Below are positions 36,331-48,650 of a stretch of 64,000 bases of DNA, piece by piece. The position numbers were made by a program, and so were the translations under genes. The DNA comes from Macrostomum lignano (taxonomy: Eukaryota), in assembly GCA_002269645.1 (NCBI GenBank), contig NIVC01002787.1, forward strand, positions 34,772 to 98,771. The letters are read 5' to 3'. Below the pieces are notes generated by a model, which made no database searches, was not told the origin of the DNA, and was given only the letters and a program-made list of their open reading frames with translations. Position 1 is the first letter of the stretch. Each line of letters starts with the position of its first letter.

Positions 36331-38246
36331 GTACTTAGTTTTCATTATTAATGCGGCAGAATTGCAGGCACTATATTTTTCGCCGAAGGAATACTATTGA
36401 TTTCAATATTGGGTCACACGGTTGGGTGGTGAGGCCGTATAGCTTTTACTAAGGAAAGATGTCCCCTCTGTTGGCGACGCCCTGGATTCACAGCGAAAGC
36501 AGAGTAAATGATGATTGCAAAGCTGAGAAAGAGTTCTTGAACTGGCTGAGAAACGATAACAATAGGGAGAACCAAGAAAAAGCGAAAGTGCAAACGAAAG
36601 AGAGCCAAACTAAAAATCTGAGCGAGAAGGAGAGACGAACGGAAAATTTCCTTGAGAAAGTGAGCTTTACTGTTACATGATTTGCATAATATTACACTAT
36701 TATAGGGGCTGCTTGAATATTGTTTAACTCTTAAATTGGTAAATCAATAAATTACTGTACTCATTTATAACTAAACAAAACTAACTTTCGTTTTATTCTT
36801 TTCCCCTACGCTCAGCGGTTCTTACTCGTTCATTTATCTTTTTGAATTAATAAAAAGTTTCAATGCATCGTATTGCATTCGAAATTTAAAACTTGCTCTT
36901 TTTAGTATTCCTTATTATTTTATTATCTAAATATTATACTGTTAAAGCCTGTATCTTAAAAATTATCTTCTTCTACCATAAACCTTTGTCAGACTGTTTA
37001 ACAACAGTTCAAAAATAAAGACAAAGACAAATATTTTAAGGGGTTTTTCAGTAATGAGGCGAGAGCAAGGCGGTGGTTCAGTTGGTTAATGTGTTTATAG
37101 AATAATGTTATTGGAATCTAGAAAAAGATTCGTGAAGAGATTCCAGCTGAGCTGCTGTATATTTATAATGTTGAGATGCTCTTCCGGAAAGTTCTAGAAA
37201 TATATAATGCATTATAACAAAATGATTGTTAGAAAAATACTGCTAGTTATTTATCGCTAGTTTTACCCACAGACTGCGAATACTTGTTAATTATTAAATA
37301 TATTGAAATGCAGTAAATGAGAAATTGTGTCTAGTTTCGTTTGGGCCACAAACGATTGCGTCGACGGCAATTGTGAACTAAGTAAATTTTTGCGCGCCTT
37401 TCAGGCATCCAAACAGGAATACAACAACAGATTGCTTATCGGTGAATAGTCTTTGGTCAAGCCGCCCCCCATCTTTGGATATTCCCAACGGGTTATATTT
37501 GGATATACCCATTTGCAGATGAGCAATCTGCATATTCCTGTATCAATGCGGTTGCGAGTCTATTTTTTATTCAATACAACAAAACTGAATAAACAGATTG
37601 TATACATGTACGAAAACGGCCGTAACATAAGCATAATGAAACGTGGACCAATTTTTCCGCAATAATCGATGAGTAGAGCTAGAATCGACAATAATTACAC
37701 TCACATCGGCCGAATTGCGTGGTTTGTTCCGCATGGGATCCTCGGGGCAAGCCTCTTCTTCGCTTGGCAGTGGTGGCAGAGCATCATCGTTACCGCATTC
37801 AATGAATCGGATGAACTCCATCAACTCTTCGTCATTCGCCTCGTCACGTCCACCCATACTCAAGTCGCGGAGAAAATTGACCTCATTTCATTCAAGCCGT
37901 CAATGCTTTCAATCGAAAATTCGACCAATTTATCATTCGTATGAGTGGCATGAATAGAGGTTAGGGCAAACGGAGGAAACAGGAACATGTATCCTCTGCT
38001 GCAGAGTTCCAGCTTATAAGACCACAACTTTATTTAACATGTTTTGTCTATGGTAATTTCAGGCTGTTCCGCTTAACTTTTCGTTCCAGACGTTTAGTCT
38101 ATGGCCATCATTTGGCTTGCGCCAAGATGGAAAATGCCTATGACACAAATCCCTAGAATTGCTTAGTGAACAATTCCCGTCTGGGAAGTTGTGTCCTAGC
38201 CGTTTTGAATTGGTTTTTGACGAAAATAGACACAATTCCACTATCA

Positions 38247-38356
38247 AGAGGTCACGCTTCACACACAACTGCCATAGCGTCGAGGCCGCGTCATCCAAGT
38301 GCGTCAGCCAGGCCCGGCCTCGACGCTATGGCAGTTGTGTGTGAAGCGTGACCTCT
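38247..38356. repeat. Perfect 42-bp inverted repeat with a 26-nt loop
   Basis: 38247-38288 is the exact reverse complement of 38315-38356. Confidence 0.92.
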
Positions 38357-38818
38357 CGATAATCATACATCGCTTCAGACACAGAACTTTCTAGAAAATG
38401 TACGAATAGAAATTTCTCGAAGGTCACTACATATTCAGAGCCTACGCCTTGGGTAAAAGTTTTCCCGGAAATCATTTTTATTTATCGAATTTAAGACGTA
38501 GGCTCCGTCGCAAGTTGATGCAAATAAAAATATTCAAATTTGTCAAACTGCTAGCGAATTTTGCGTGATTATTACTTATCACTACTGTAAGTAAAAAAGG
38601 TGATATTATTCAAGCCATTCTACAATTACAAATTTAAAATGGATTTTTAGATCTTAAATATATCTTTAGTTGCAGTTTGAGGCATAAATTTGCGAAAGTT
38701 AAAAGACAACAGCACAGAAATGAGGTTGAGGAAAAAATGTTCTGATTGATATCTGTTCGAATTCAGTTTGAAGAAATTCAAAAAGAAAAAAATTAGTCTT
38801 CATCTTCTGCTGGTGATG

Positions 38819-40438
38819 TCAAAATTCTTGATTTCGAGTGCTCGAGTCACCAGTGTACGGAGTTCTAGGTGTAGAGCCTGTGGGTACCTGCTGATTACAG
38901 CTGTTCTGCTGAGACATGTCACTCGTGTACAGAGGCCTAGGTGTAGAGCCTGTGGGCATCTGCTGATTCCAGCTGTTCGAATCTCGTGAAAATGTTACCT
39001 GTGAAGTGGGATTCGGTTTGAAAAGTATATAATTATAACTGTCTTTGATTAAATTGAAGTGAACACTCATAAGAAGTATACAATAATAACTGCCTTTGTT
39101 TAAACTAAAGTGAGCACACATTTTCGAAACAAACTAACCTCTTTGCTTCCGAAACGCAGTCTTATTCTTCGCATGTTGTTAAACTGGTGAAACATTCGTT
39201 CGGGGTAGTGTAATGTCATTTCTTCATCATGTGATGCTTGCTGCTCAGGTGGTGGAATCTGTGTCGCTCGCACAGCCTCGAAATGCTGCTGGCTAGCTGT
39301 GGCGCCGTTGTACCACTCGGTTAGGTCGGAGAACTCTTGCGAATTTTCTGGCCAGTGATGCACTTCTGCTTGCGAACAGCAGAGGCTTATCATCTGGGCG
39401 TACTCTTGGACTTGAGAGCCATGAATCGCGAGAATGTCGCCGATGGACCAATTATTCACCTGCGCAGAAGAACTGGCCCAAAAAGTGCAGGACACAGAGG
39501 ACCCGGACCGATCAACGATGGTAACTTTTGCTAAATCGACGAGCTTTCCGGCACCAGTTTTTATTTCCTTTGGCTTCTCAACTGCAGAAATGATGCCACG
39601 AACGTCAACTTTCCTGTCGTACGGTGAAAGTTTTTGAGTAGGGCAAATTTAGCTGAATGACTAGCAATCAGCGCCCCCCGTTGGGCAGCCAAAAAATGCA
39701 TTACAAGTTTTTTAATAAACTACATATAGCGTCTCTTTGCAATACCTCAGCAGTCCCTTGTAAGCCTTGGCATGTTAGCAATTCCCCCCACAAGCCTTAG
39801 CATATCAATTTCCCCCCTCGACATCTCATCGATGCCCCCCTCCCCATTAAGCCTTGAAATCTTAAAAAATCGGTCAAGCTTTTAACCCTAACCTCAGCCT
39901 AACTCTAACCGTAACCCTAGATTAACCCTAACCCTAACCCTAAAGTAAAGCAAAGCACGAGGAAAATGTATAAAAGAAAATAAAGGCACAAAGTGCAAGA
40001 TATTTACGTTTTCATTTGGCATGCAGAAATTTCCGATATCCTCCTGTAGTCCCGGGGACGCCTGTTGACCGTCTCGTTTGAAGTCATGATGGTGCCGCTT
40101 TTGTCAACTGAGACGCTCATCTCATACTCGTTTTCCGAAGTGTTGTACCTTGGGTCAGCCTTTTTGATCCAGCCTCCAGAAATGCGCACTGTCTCGACCG
40201 TTTGGCACATTTCCAGCAATGACTTCAGGTCCTTGCCAAAAACGCTCACTCTGATGTCTGCAGTCTCGTCAGTCAAAGTGAAGGAGAACACTTGGCCTGA
40301 TCCAGCTTTGTTGTTCTCGTAGGAGTGGATTTTTGTCAGTCTCGTTATCAGACCAACGACCGGTGAATCCATCAAGCCGGGCAGAAGAGCAGAGATGCCG
40401 AATTTGACCTTCTGGGCTGGCGTAGGGTTTGATTCCAT
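38819..40438 (-). CDS. Intact RPA70-like ssDNA-binding protein (two OB folds plus low-complexity tail), 361 aa, 3 exons (40438-40008, 39613-39139, 38998-38819)
   Basis: Exons total 1086 nt and are open. Motifs GQVFSFTLTDETADIRVSVFG and KVDVRGII...VTIVDRSGSSVSCTFW; first intron position and phase match the 23554 paralog. Confidence 0.85.
39661..39945 (-). mobile_element. Truncated Helitron 3' fragment inside intron 1 of the RPA gene
   Basis: CTAG at 39661 with adjacent hairpin (GCGCCCCCCGTTGGGC), 30-bp satellite remnants and CCCTAA repeats; no TC 5' end seen. Confidence 0.7.
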
Positions 40439-40559
40439 TTCTCTTCGTTACTTAAAGAATCTAAGTTAAAAGTAGATAAAAGTGATGCTTGACTTGAAAC
40501 AGTTGAGGCGAAAAGTTTACTGCATTTACAGTTTGTTTTTATTATATATTGCAGCCCTG

Positions 40560-41165
40560 CAGCCACCCCTTCGTCCCAAAACAACTCTCAATATTTTCTC
40601 GCTGCCGTCTGATTGGTCAGCATCTCGACTTTCTGTTATAGCCTTTTTCTTACCGTCCACTCTATTCTATTTTTTAGTCACCCCTGTTTGTAAATTTTAG
40701 CCACCTTTATAATTTTGGTGGCCTCTGATTGGTCCGCTGGTTTAGGCTGGGGTCGATTGGGGGCTGCAGTCAGCGCCAACCCTTCCGCTGGGTCGAACTG
40801 GATCGCTGAGACTTTTTTCATGAAATTACTTTATTTGGGCTGTTTACGCGTGCCGCGGAAAGTTATTGATTTTTTGGACTACAAGAACAAATACTAACAG
40901 ATATAGTAACAAATACTTTTGTTATTTTTTACAAAACAAAACTGAAACTTACACTTAAACTTAGAAGTGCATTTTTGTGGCTAAATTTTCACGACAGAGG
41001 TAGAGAGACACCAGATAAAATCAATAATGAGGTGATTAAAGTATGATGTCTCACCCTCATTGTCCACTGAAAACAAAATATAGGCTTATTAGGCTGGGCT
41101 CGGGAGTTAGCTGATTGGTTAGAAATAACTCAGAAATCAAAAGCCGACAGGGTGAGCCAATCATC
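40560..41165. promoter_or_regulatory. Probable bidirectional promoter with five CCAAT boxes
   Basis: ATTGG at 40612, 40728, 40756 and 41114, CCAAT at 41157, between divergent starts at 40438 and 41377. Confidence 0.45.
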
Positions 41166-41376
41166 GCTAGAGATAACAAGAGATTTGGGGTGAAAAAACA
41201 GCAAATTTGGGGTGGTGGATCAGCCAGCCATTATCTGGTTTTGGCCACTGTACACTATAGTATATATAACCAACTCTGTTCTTAACAATTTCACTATACG
41301 CCCGAACAAAATAAAAAATAAGTTTAAAAGCCCACGCCAGTTTAATTTTTAGTAAATTTCGAATTTCTACTACACT

Positions 41377-41980
41377 ATGAATCCCTACCTAAGTAATCCC
41401 TACCTAAGTTATCCATATCCCTATCCGTATCCATATCCCTATCCCTATCCCTATCCATTTCCTGGTGTATTTTATCCCCCATCTACTGGGATGCCCTATC
41501 CCAACCCATAACCACCCCCCATTCTCCCACCGGCACCCTGGCCGATGCAGCAACAGCAGCAACAGCAAGAGGAGCAGCAACAACAACAGCAACAACAACA
41601 ACTGCAACAACAACAACAGCAAGAGGAGCAGCAACAACAACAGCAACAACAACAACTGCAACAACAACAACAGTAAGAGGAGCAGCAACAACAACAGCAA
41701 CAACAACAACTGCAACAACAACAACAGCAACAACAACAACCGCAACAGCAACAGCAACAGCAGCAGCATCAACTGAAGCTACACTCGCGCTCGGCGCGAA
41801 CTCGATTTGTGAGAGACGAAATGCGCGCACGTAAGTTAATTGTATTACGAGGTTGTTTAGAGGGGTAGTTTTGACTAAATCAGTTTTCGTTTGACCACTC
41901 ATTTCGTGTGAAGTGAATATACGTCAAAACTAATATGTGACAATCGCTTTCTTTTCACAGTTGGACTCTGAAGATTCTGC
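41377..41980 (+). pseudogene. (YP)n / proline-rich / polyQ low-complexity gene with two premature stops
   Basis: ATG 41377 reads MNPYLSNPYLSYPYPYP...PWPMQQQ...; in-frame TAA at 41509 and 41674; GTAAGT donor ~41830 and TTTTCACAG acceptor ~41960. Confidence 0.5.
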
Positions 41981-43879
41981 CAGCGGCGCGGCCACATAGC
42001 GGCAGAGTGCAGAGACCTTCCTCGCCGCCGCAGCCGCAGCCGCAGCCGCAGCACCGTCGTTGAAGAATGAAGCATTTTTTAATTTCTGTGCTGTTAACTA
42101 TTTGACTATTTGTATTTTGACTATTTATAACTATTTGTGCTGTTAACTAGGTTAAGTATTTGATTAAGTAAAAAATTGATTAAAAAAATTGATTAAGTGA
42201 TTAAGTAAGTTAAACTACGACTAAAATGCTGAGTTAGAAGCACCAGGCAAATTTAAGTAAAGTAGCTAATCATTTTTGCTGAAAAGAGGCTCTTTGTCTT
42301 ATGATAAATCCGTTTTAATAACGAGTCTTTTGGTTTTTTTGGTTCGTCAAACAAAAGGAGCCACTATCTTGTTTCTCATTGTGTGCAATGAGAAATAATC
42401 GAGGCCCTTTTAAGTCCTTCATTACTGATATCAGTTTTCGTACGATTTGCAGTACGAAAGAGGCACCATGTAAAACATAAAAGAGCCGCCATGTCAAACA
42501 CTAAAGAGCCACTATGTCATACATAAAACAGCCACCGCGTCAAACATAAACATGTCAAAACAGATAATTAAATATAATAAATCACAAAAATAATTAAATG
42601 TATATAAATTGTGCAATGCGCTATCTTGTTGGTAAGCCTTTTGCAAGAACATCATACAAGGCATGTGTGCAAAGAAATATTGTGCTAAAATATTCGGAGT
42701 TGTTTTGTTGGTGAATGTAATTTAACGAAATTCACTCTTCATTTCGGCCTTTGTTCACAAGAATTCTATTTATTTATTGGCCAAAACTATACATTTACTA
42801 TAATATATATGAAAAACTGCCGAAATTTACTTTTTGTTTCTCATGCATTTTTTGTGTTAATAGTTTATTCTGATTCGGACACTACTAATAAGTAATAACT
42901 TTGGAAGTCACTTTTATTGGTATTGGCAGGAATGGACTGCGATAGCTTAATTATCGCATAAAGTCTTTAAATTTTGGTGTATGTATTTTTTATGGAAAAT
43001 ATAATCTATAAGTAGACTAATCAATGAAATAAGGGCAGAAAAAATGGACGAATTCAACATTTTGGTGGTACTGTTTAACATTGTATTAGTGAAGCAGCAT
43101 AGTTGATATGAGTATGTATTCAATAAAGTCAAATTGAGCTATTGAATGGATAATACTCCCATAAAATACACCAATTAATATTCTTTTGCAGCTGCACATG
43201 TTTGAAATTATAAAACCAATAAAAGATAACAGTCAACAGTGAGAAATAATCGAGGCCCTTTTAAGTCCTTCATTACTGATATCAGTTTTCGTACGATTTG
43301 CAGTCACCACTGAATTTAGCTACTAGGCTCATCCCTTATTAACTTGACTTAAAATAGAGATTTGATATGTAAAGTGAAAGACACTTTGAAGAGTTTTATG
43401 TATATTTATTAAATCAAGATTCAAGAAGCAACATCTATTTGTTCTTGCCATTGTAACTTTTCATAAAATCTGTTTTAAGGACCACTGCAGTACAAATATT
43501 GTTCGTTTTAGTACGCGTCATGCAGTTTATTCTGTATGTATGGTCATAGTAGGGCATTATTATAAAAACAACAATTTTCGGCTCAAATTAATTTCAGTGC
43601 GAGTTGTCATCAACCAATGTGTATGTAAAAAAATGACTAATCTCTAGGTTACTGTTTAAAAATGCAGTACCTTATCATTTTTATTTCTTCACATACATAT
43701 TAAATGGTCTAGCTAAAACAGGCTTACATGGACCACCTAATTTCTCGGATAGACTGAAACATTCAACTGATGTTTAATATGTATGAGAAGAAATAAAAAT
43801 GATAAGTTAATGCATTTTTAAACAGTAACCTAGGAAAATTTAGAAAAACCGTTTCAATTTGTCCCTTGCTTATTTGGCT

Positions 43880-44020
43880 TATTCTTGCTATCTGGGGGAT
43901 GCTTGCTATCTGGGGGATGCTTGCTATCTGGGGGATGCTTGCTATCTGGGGGATGCTTGGTATTCGGGGGATGCTTGCAATCTGGGGGATGCTTGCTATG
44001 TGGGGGATGCTTGCTGTCTT
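43880..44020. repeat. 18-bp tandem repeat (TGCTATCTGGGGGATGCT)n
   Basis: Directly visible. Confidence 0.9.
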
Positions 44021-44680
44021 GGGATAATTTCTTTTTGCATTGCACTTCATTTGAGTATTTTGTCTGTTTTCTTTGTGAAGGCTTTATTTCGCTATCTTTT
44101 TGTTACTTGTAGAGAACAGAGATTCTATACAGATGTCCCCCAACGGGGGGCGAAGATTGCTAGTCCATCACAATATACTAAATCTCTAAGATCTGTCTGA
44201 CCGGTATTCCAGTCTACAGCCTGAATGCCTGAACTGTTTTTTTTCAAACTTGCTTTATTCAATTGCAAATTATTGTGAGATTGTGTGGATATAATTGCAT
44301 TGAAGAATTCGAATGGGAAGATGGTTAAATATTCGAAAAACGAGTTTTCCCAATGCTTTCAATGGGAGGCTAGAAAAGGTCAACATCTTGACTAACTGAA
44401 TAGCAATTCCAATTAAGATTGCGCCATAGCTTTTCTCTCTTCATTGTGTAGTAGGCCTCAGTACTGGCTGCAGTAAGGGAGAGGAAAATAATGCTCAGTG
44501 GCGGCGTGTGTACATTTTGCTCTGGCTGACTGCATAGACAATTGCTATTTATAGATTTCACTTAATTGTGCATTGGCTCTGTCTGCACACAACCTGTGCA
44601 CACTGAGCAGCCTATCACTGCTATGTATTTGACTGCAGTGCAGAAGCATATATGGCTGATTTTTGCGCCCTCCCATCAGT

Positions 44681-44754
44681 AGGCGGAATAGCCGCAGTGT
44701 AGGCACTAGGACTAGGTTTAAGCTAGGCGTAAGGTCCAAGGTTCGAGTCTGCCT
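44681..44754 (+). ncRNA. Third full copy of the tRNA-derived segment
   Basis: AGGCGGAATAGCCGCAGTG...GGTTCGAGTCTGCCT. Confidence 0.5.
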
Positions 44755-45227
44755 CCTCGGCGGATGATTAAAATTAAATTAATTTATTCATTTATATATA
44801 GCTTCGGGCTCACTAATAGGAATATTTTTTGTTGAATTCGTAAGGCATACCTAATGAAAAAGTTTTGCTAATTTACTAAGAAAATTTGATTTGTAAAAAA
44901 CTGCTTCGCGCATTACTCATCGCATCAATGGGTATTGCCTAGCTCCATGAAAGTATCAAATTGCTAAGCTGCTAATTTTTTTGTTAAAATGAAGGCTGAA
45001 TTGTGAAAAAACTGCCGATATGTATGAAAAATTTATTAGTGAACCGTAATAAATGCTGAGAAAAAATTTAGATTCTTGAAAGGATCCTTTATTTTTCACT
45101 TTGCTGAGTATACTGAGGAGCCGGCCGAGAGGAGAACTGCAAACTGCTGAGGGGAACTGCAGATTGGCGAAAGGGTCATTAATGCAGACTGCAAAGGGGA
45201 CAAACTGAAAACTGCTGAAAGGGGACA

Positions 45228-45460
45228 CACTGAAAACTGCTGAGGTAGTTTCTCTCGACTTACAAGCGTATAGCTGAAAACTGCTGAGGTAGTTCCTCCA
45301 GACTTACAAGCCTATAGCTGAAAACTGCTGAGGTAGTTCCTCCCGACTTACAAGCCTATAGCTGAAAACTGCTGAGGTAGTTCCTCCCGACTTACAAGCC
45401 TATAGCTGAAAACTGCTGAGGTAGTTCCTCCCGACTTACAAGCCTATAGCTGAAACTGCT
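45228..45460. repeat. 44-bp tandem repeat, about 5 copies
   Basis: Unit CTGAAAACTGCTGAGGTAGTTCCTCCCGACTTACAAGCCTATAG. Confidence 0.9.
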
Positions 45461-47999
45461 GAAGGGGACTGCTTGGAGGATTCGTAGACTTCTGAGCAAG
45501 ACAACTCTCAGAGAAGATAGGATAGCAAGACATCAGTTTCAAAACTGTACAGTTTAAGTAATTAAGTGCAGGTTGTTTAGCGGATTACTGTGGACTGCTG
45601 AGTGGACTATTGTGGTTTGCTGACGGGACAGTTTTGGGCTGCTGAGGGGATAAATGCTTATGTTAATGAAAGTTATAGACTGGAATGGGATAACTCCAGG
45701 CTGCTAAGATAATGACTGCAGTCTGTTTTGTGGGATTAGAACGGATAACTTCAGCTTGTTGTGGGCATATCTCAGGAATTGCTGAGATGTCATGGCTTTT
45801 TGGGGCAATTTCTGAGATTTCAAGGCCCATGGGAAATTGCTGATATTCCATGGCTTACTGGAATAATTGCTTGAATTGAGGTTTCAAAGGCTTATAAGGG
45901 GGAAGTGCTGAGATTGCTTACTTGTGGGAGATGCTTGCTATTTAGGAATGAAGGTATTGCTTAATGCTGATTTGTGCAAAACACTGCGGATATGTATCGA
46001 AAATTGATTAGTGAACCGTACTAAATTGTTAGGAAATTTTTATTGTTGAAAATATCATTGCAGTTTGCTAAGCAGGAAACTGAGGAGCCGGCCGACAGAA
46101 GAACTGCAGATTGTCAAAAGGATCATTGCAGACTGCAAAGGGGACAAACTGCAAACTGCTAAGGTAGTTCCTCCAGACATATAGATCATATACTCTGGAG
46201 GATCATATCATAGATGTAAAGATGTGGGATGTGCAGACGGAGTTCCTCCAGACCATATTCAGAAACAATGATATGATCTTTGCTTCAGACTTATGAGCGT
46301 ATAGCTGCAAACTGCTGAGGTGGTAACTGTGGGCTACTGTGGACTACTGCTGAGTAAATATTGTTTGCTGTGGGGACAATTCTAGGCCGCTAGAGTATGA
46401 CTAAAGTCTTTTTTTGGGATTGGAAGGGATAATTTCAGGTGGAGACATCTCAGGAATTGCTGAGATGGCAAGGCTTATTGGTTGAATTGCTGAGATGTCA
46501 TGGGTTTTTTGGGGTAATTTCTGAGATTTCAAGGCTCATGGGAATTGCTGAGATGTCAAGACTTACTGGGGTAATTGCTGAGATGTCAAGGCTTCTTAGA
46601 GGAATTGCTGAGATGTCAAGGCTTACTGGGGGAATTGCTGAGATGTCGAGGCTTACTGAGGGAATAACTGACATTTCAAGGCTTACTCGGGGAATTGCTG
46701 AGATGTCAAGGCTTACTGGCCTGGGAGAATTGCGTAGATTTCAAGGCTTACTCGGGAATGGCTGCGATGTCGATGCTTACTGAGGGAATTTCTGGGACGT
46801 CAAGGCCTACTGGGGGAATTGCTGAGATGTCAAGGCTCATGGGGATGGCTGAATTGTTGAGATATCAAGGCTCATGGGGAATGGCTGAATAGTTGGGGGG
46901 AGGGGGTTAGGTTGTTGAGCGATTGTCAGATCGTCAAGTAGTACGGCTTAAGTAGCTCATTTAATTCAGATAATAAAATAGTACACACAAGTGATGCTGA
47001 ATTCTGCTGATAGGAAATACCAGGGTATTTATTAAAAGTTTGATTCTTTGAGTTAGGCTAATAAAGAGGGGTGTCAAAGGCCGTCAGGGATTGGCATATT
47101 GAGCTCCTGCTGCGGACCAGAATATGCCCAGGCCAATGACGATATGCTCTAAGAGTTTGTGCTTGAAAGGATAAGCACTATTTGCTGATTGAAAAACGGT
47201 TTTGGGCTGATGAAGGAAACATTTTTTCTGGTGAAAGTTTTGACTCATGGCAATTTATTTTTTTTCAAAATGAGAAAAGGTAATTTTTAATTAATGGAAA
47301 TGGAAATTAATGGTTACTGTTGGCCCAAAATAAAAACCATTCGGTGTCATTTTAAAACCCCCCAGCGGGGGGCTAAATGGCTAGTCTAAATATACTAAAA
47401 ATGGTCTGTCTGTGTCTATCTATCTATCTATGTGATCGATTAGAGAAAAAATGGCTGGACCGATTTTGTTTGAACTTGCACTATTCGATCAGAAATTTTC
47501 CCGTGACTGTACATGCATCGTGGCTAAGAAATTCCTCGATTCTAAAGGCATTAAATATTCGAAAAACATGCTTTTTGCAAATGTCAAGCAAACTTTTCGA
47601 CTTGAAATGCAATGTAAGAATGCTAGAGAAAAAACTGACTGGTTGAATTCTGATTCTGAAATAGATTGCATCATTACTGAATTGTAACTCCGACTTGAAT
47701 TGAAAATGCAGTGTGGAAGCGTAGCACCAGACTTGATTTAAATTGCGTAACCATATTGTTAACTGATACTGACTGACTGAGAAACTGATTATGTCTTAAC
47801 TGCTTCGTGTGATTTACTCTATGCTTGGATTTTAAAGTGTTAAATTATATAAGTGCAAAATTTGATGTTATTAAAACGATGAGAGCTAGCCTAGAGGTGA
47901 ACAAACTGAACTGCTAAATGCAGCGACGATGGTTCGAATTTTCATAGAGTTTAATTTTTTTAATTAAAGCTTTTCAACTTCAGGAAAACTAAGACTTTT

Positions 48000-48650
48000 T
48001 ACAAAGAAGCGTCATGTAAAACTCATAAAAGCGCCATGTAAAAAATCATAGAAGCGTCATGTAAAAATCATAAAAGCGTCATGTAAAAAATCATGGAAGC
48101 GTCATGTAAACAATCATAGAAGCGTCATGTAAAAATCAAAGAAGCGTCATGTAGACAATCATAGAAGCGTCATGTAAACAACCATAGAAGCGTCATGCAA
48201 ACAATCATAGAAGCGTCATGTAAACAATCATAAATGCGTCATGCAAAATACATAGAAGCGTAATGTAAAAAGCATAGAAGCGTCGTATAAAAAATTATAG
48301 AAGCGTCATGTAAACAATCATAGAAGCGTCATGTAAACAATCATAGAAGCGTCATGTAAACAATCAGAGAAGCGTCATGTAAAAAATCATAGAAGCGTCA
48401 TGTAAAAATCATAGAAGCGTCATAAAAAAATAATAGAAGCGTCATGTAAACAATCATAGAAGCGTCATTTAAAAATTCATAGAAGCGTCATGCAAAAATC
48501 ATAGAAGCGTCATGTAAACAATCATAGAAGCGTCATGAAAAAATCATGGAAGCCTCATATAAAAACTAATGAAAGTGTTATTAAAAATTAAGAAGCATAA
48601 TGGAAGAATAAAAGAAGCGTCATGTAAAAATCAAAAGAAGCGTCATGTCA
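48000..48650. repeat. ~23-bp minisatellite (AGAAGCGTCATGTAAACAATCAT)n
   Basis: Directly visible; related units at 26980-27070 and 49920-49990. Confidence 0.93.

Larger units (their letters stand above)
27227..44163 (+). mobile_element. Candidate ~17-kb autonomous Helitron (canonical TC...CTAG type)
   Basis: 5' TCCTATATACTAAA with a (GTAT)n tract at 27227; the next plus-strand hairpin + CTAG is at 44160-44163; encloses RepHel, RPA and polyQ genes. That both ends belong to one element is inferred. Confidence 0.6.
44164..47384 (+). mobile_element. Non-autonomous Helitron E5
   Basis: Starts TC...ACAATATACTAAATCTCTAAG directly after CTAG; ends CCCCCC-AGC-GGGGGG-CTAAATGG-CTAG. 5' part matches E2, 3' part matches E3. 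Confidence 0.8.

Noticed and set aside
35785-36338. ORFs with FWHRRHS / LILAPQ / THFGTA repeats
   Set aside because: Translations of the 21-bp minisatellite in all frames.
38059-38298. THAP-like CHRHF motif in a 79-aa minus ORF
   Set aside because: No upstream C-x-C or conserved P/W of THAP, and the ORF start is the hairpin arm; probably chance.
42390-43303. ~63-bp direct repeat at 42390 and 43241
   Set aside because: Short AT-rich duplication with no termini or coding signal.
43763-44200. ORFs with IASIPQ / DACYLG repeats
   Set aside because: Translations of the 18-bp repeat.
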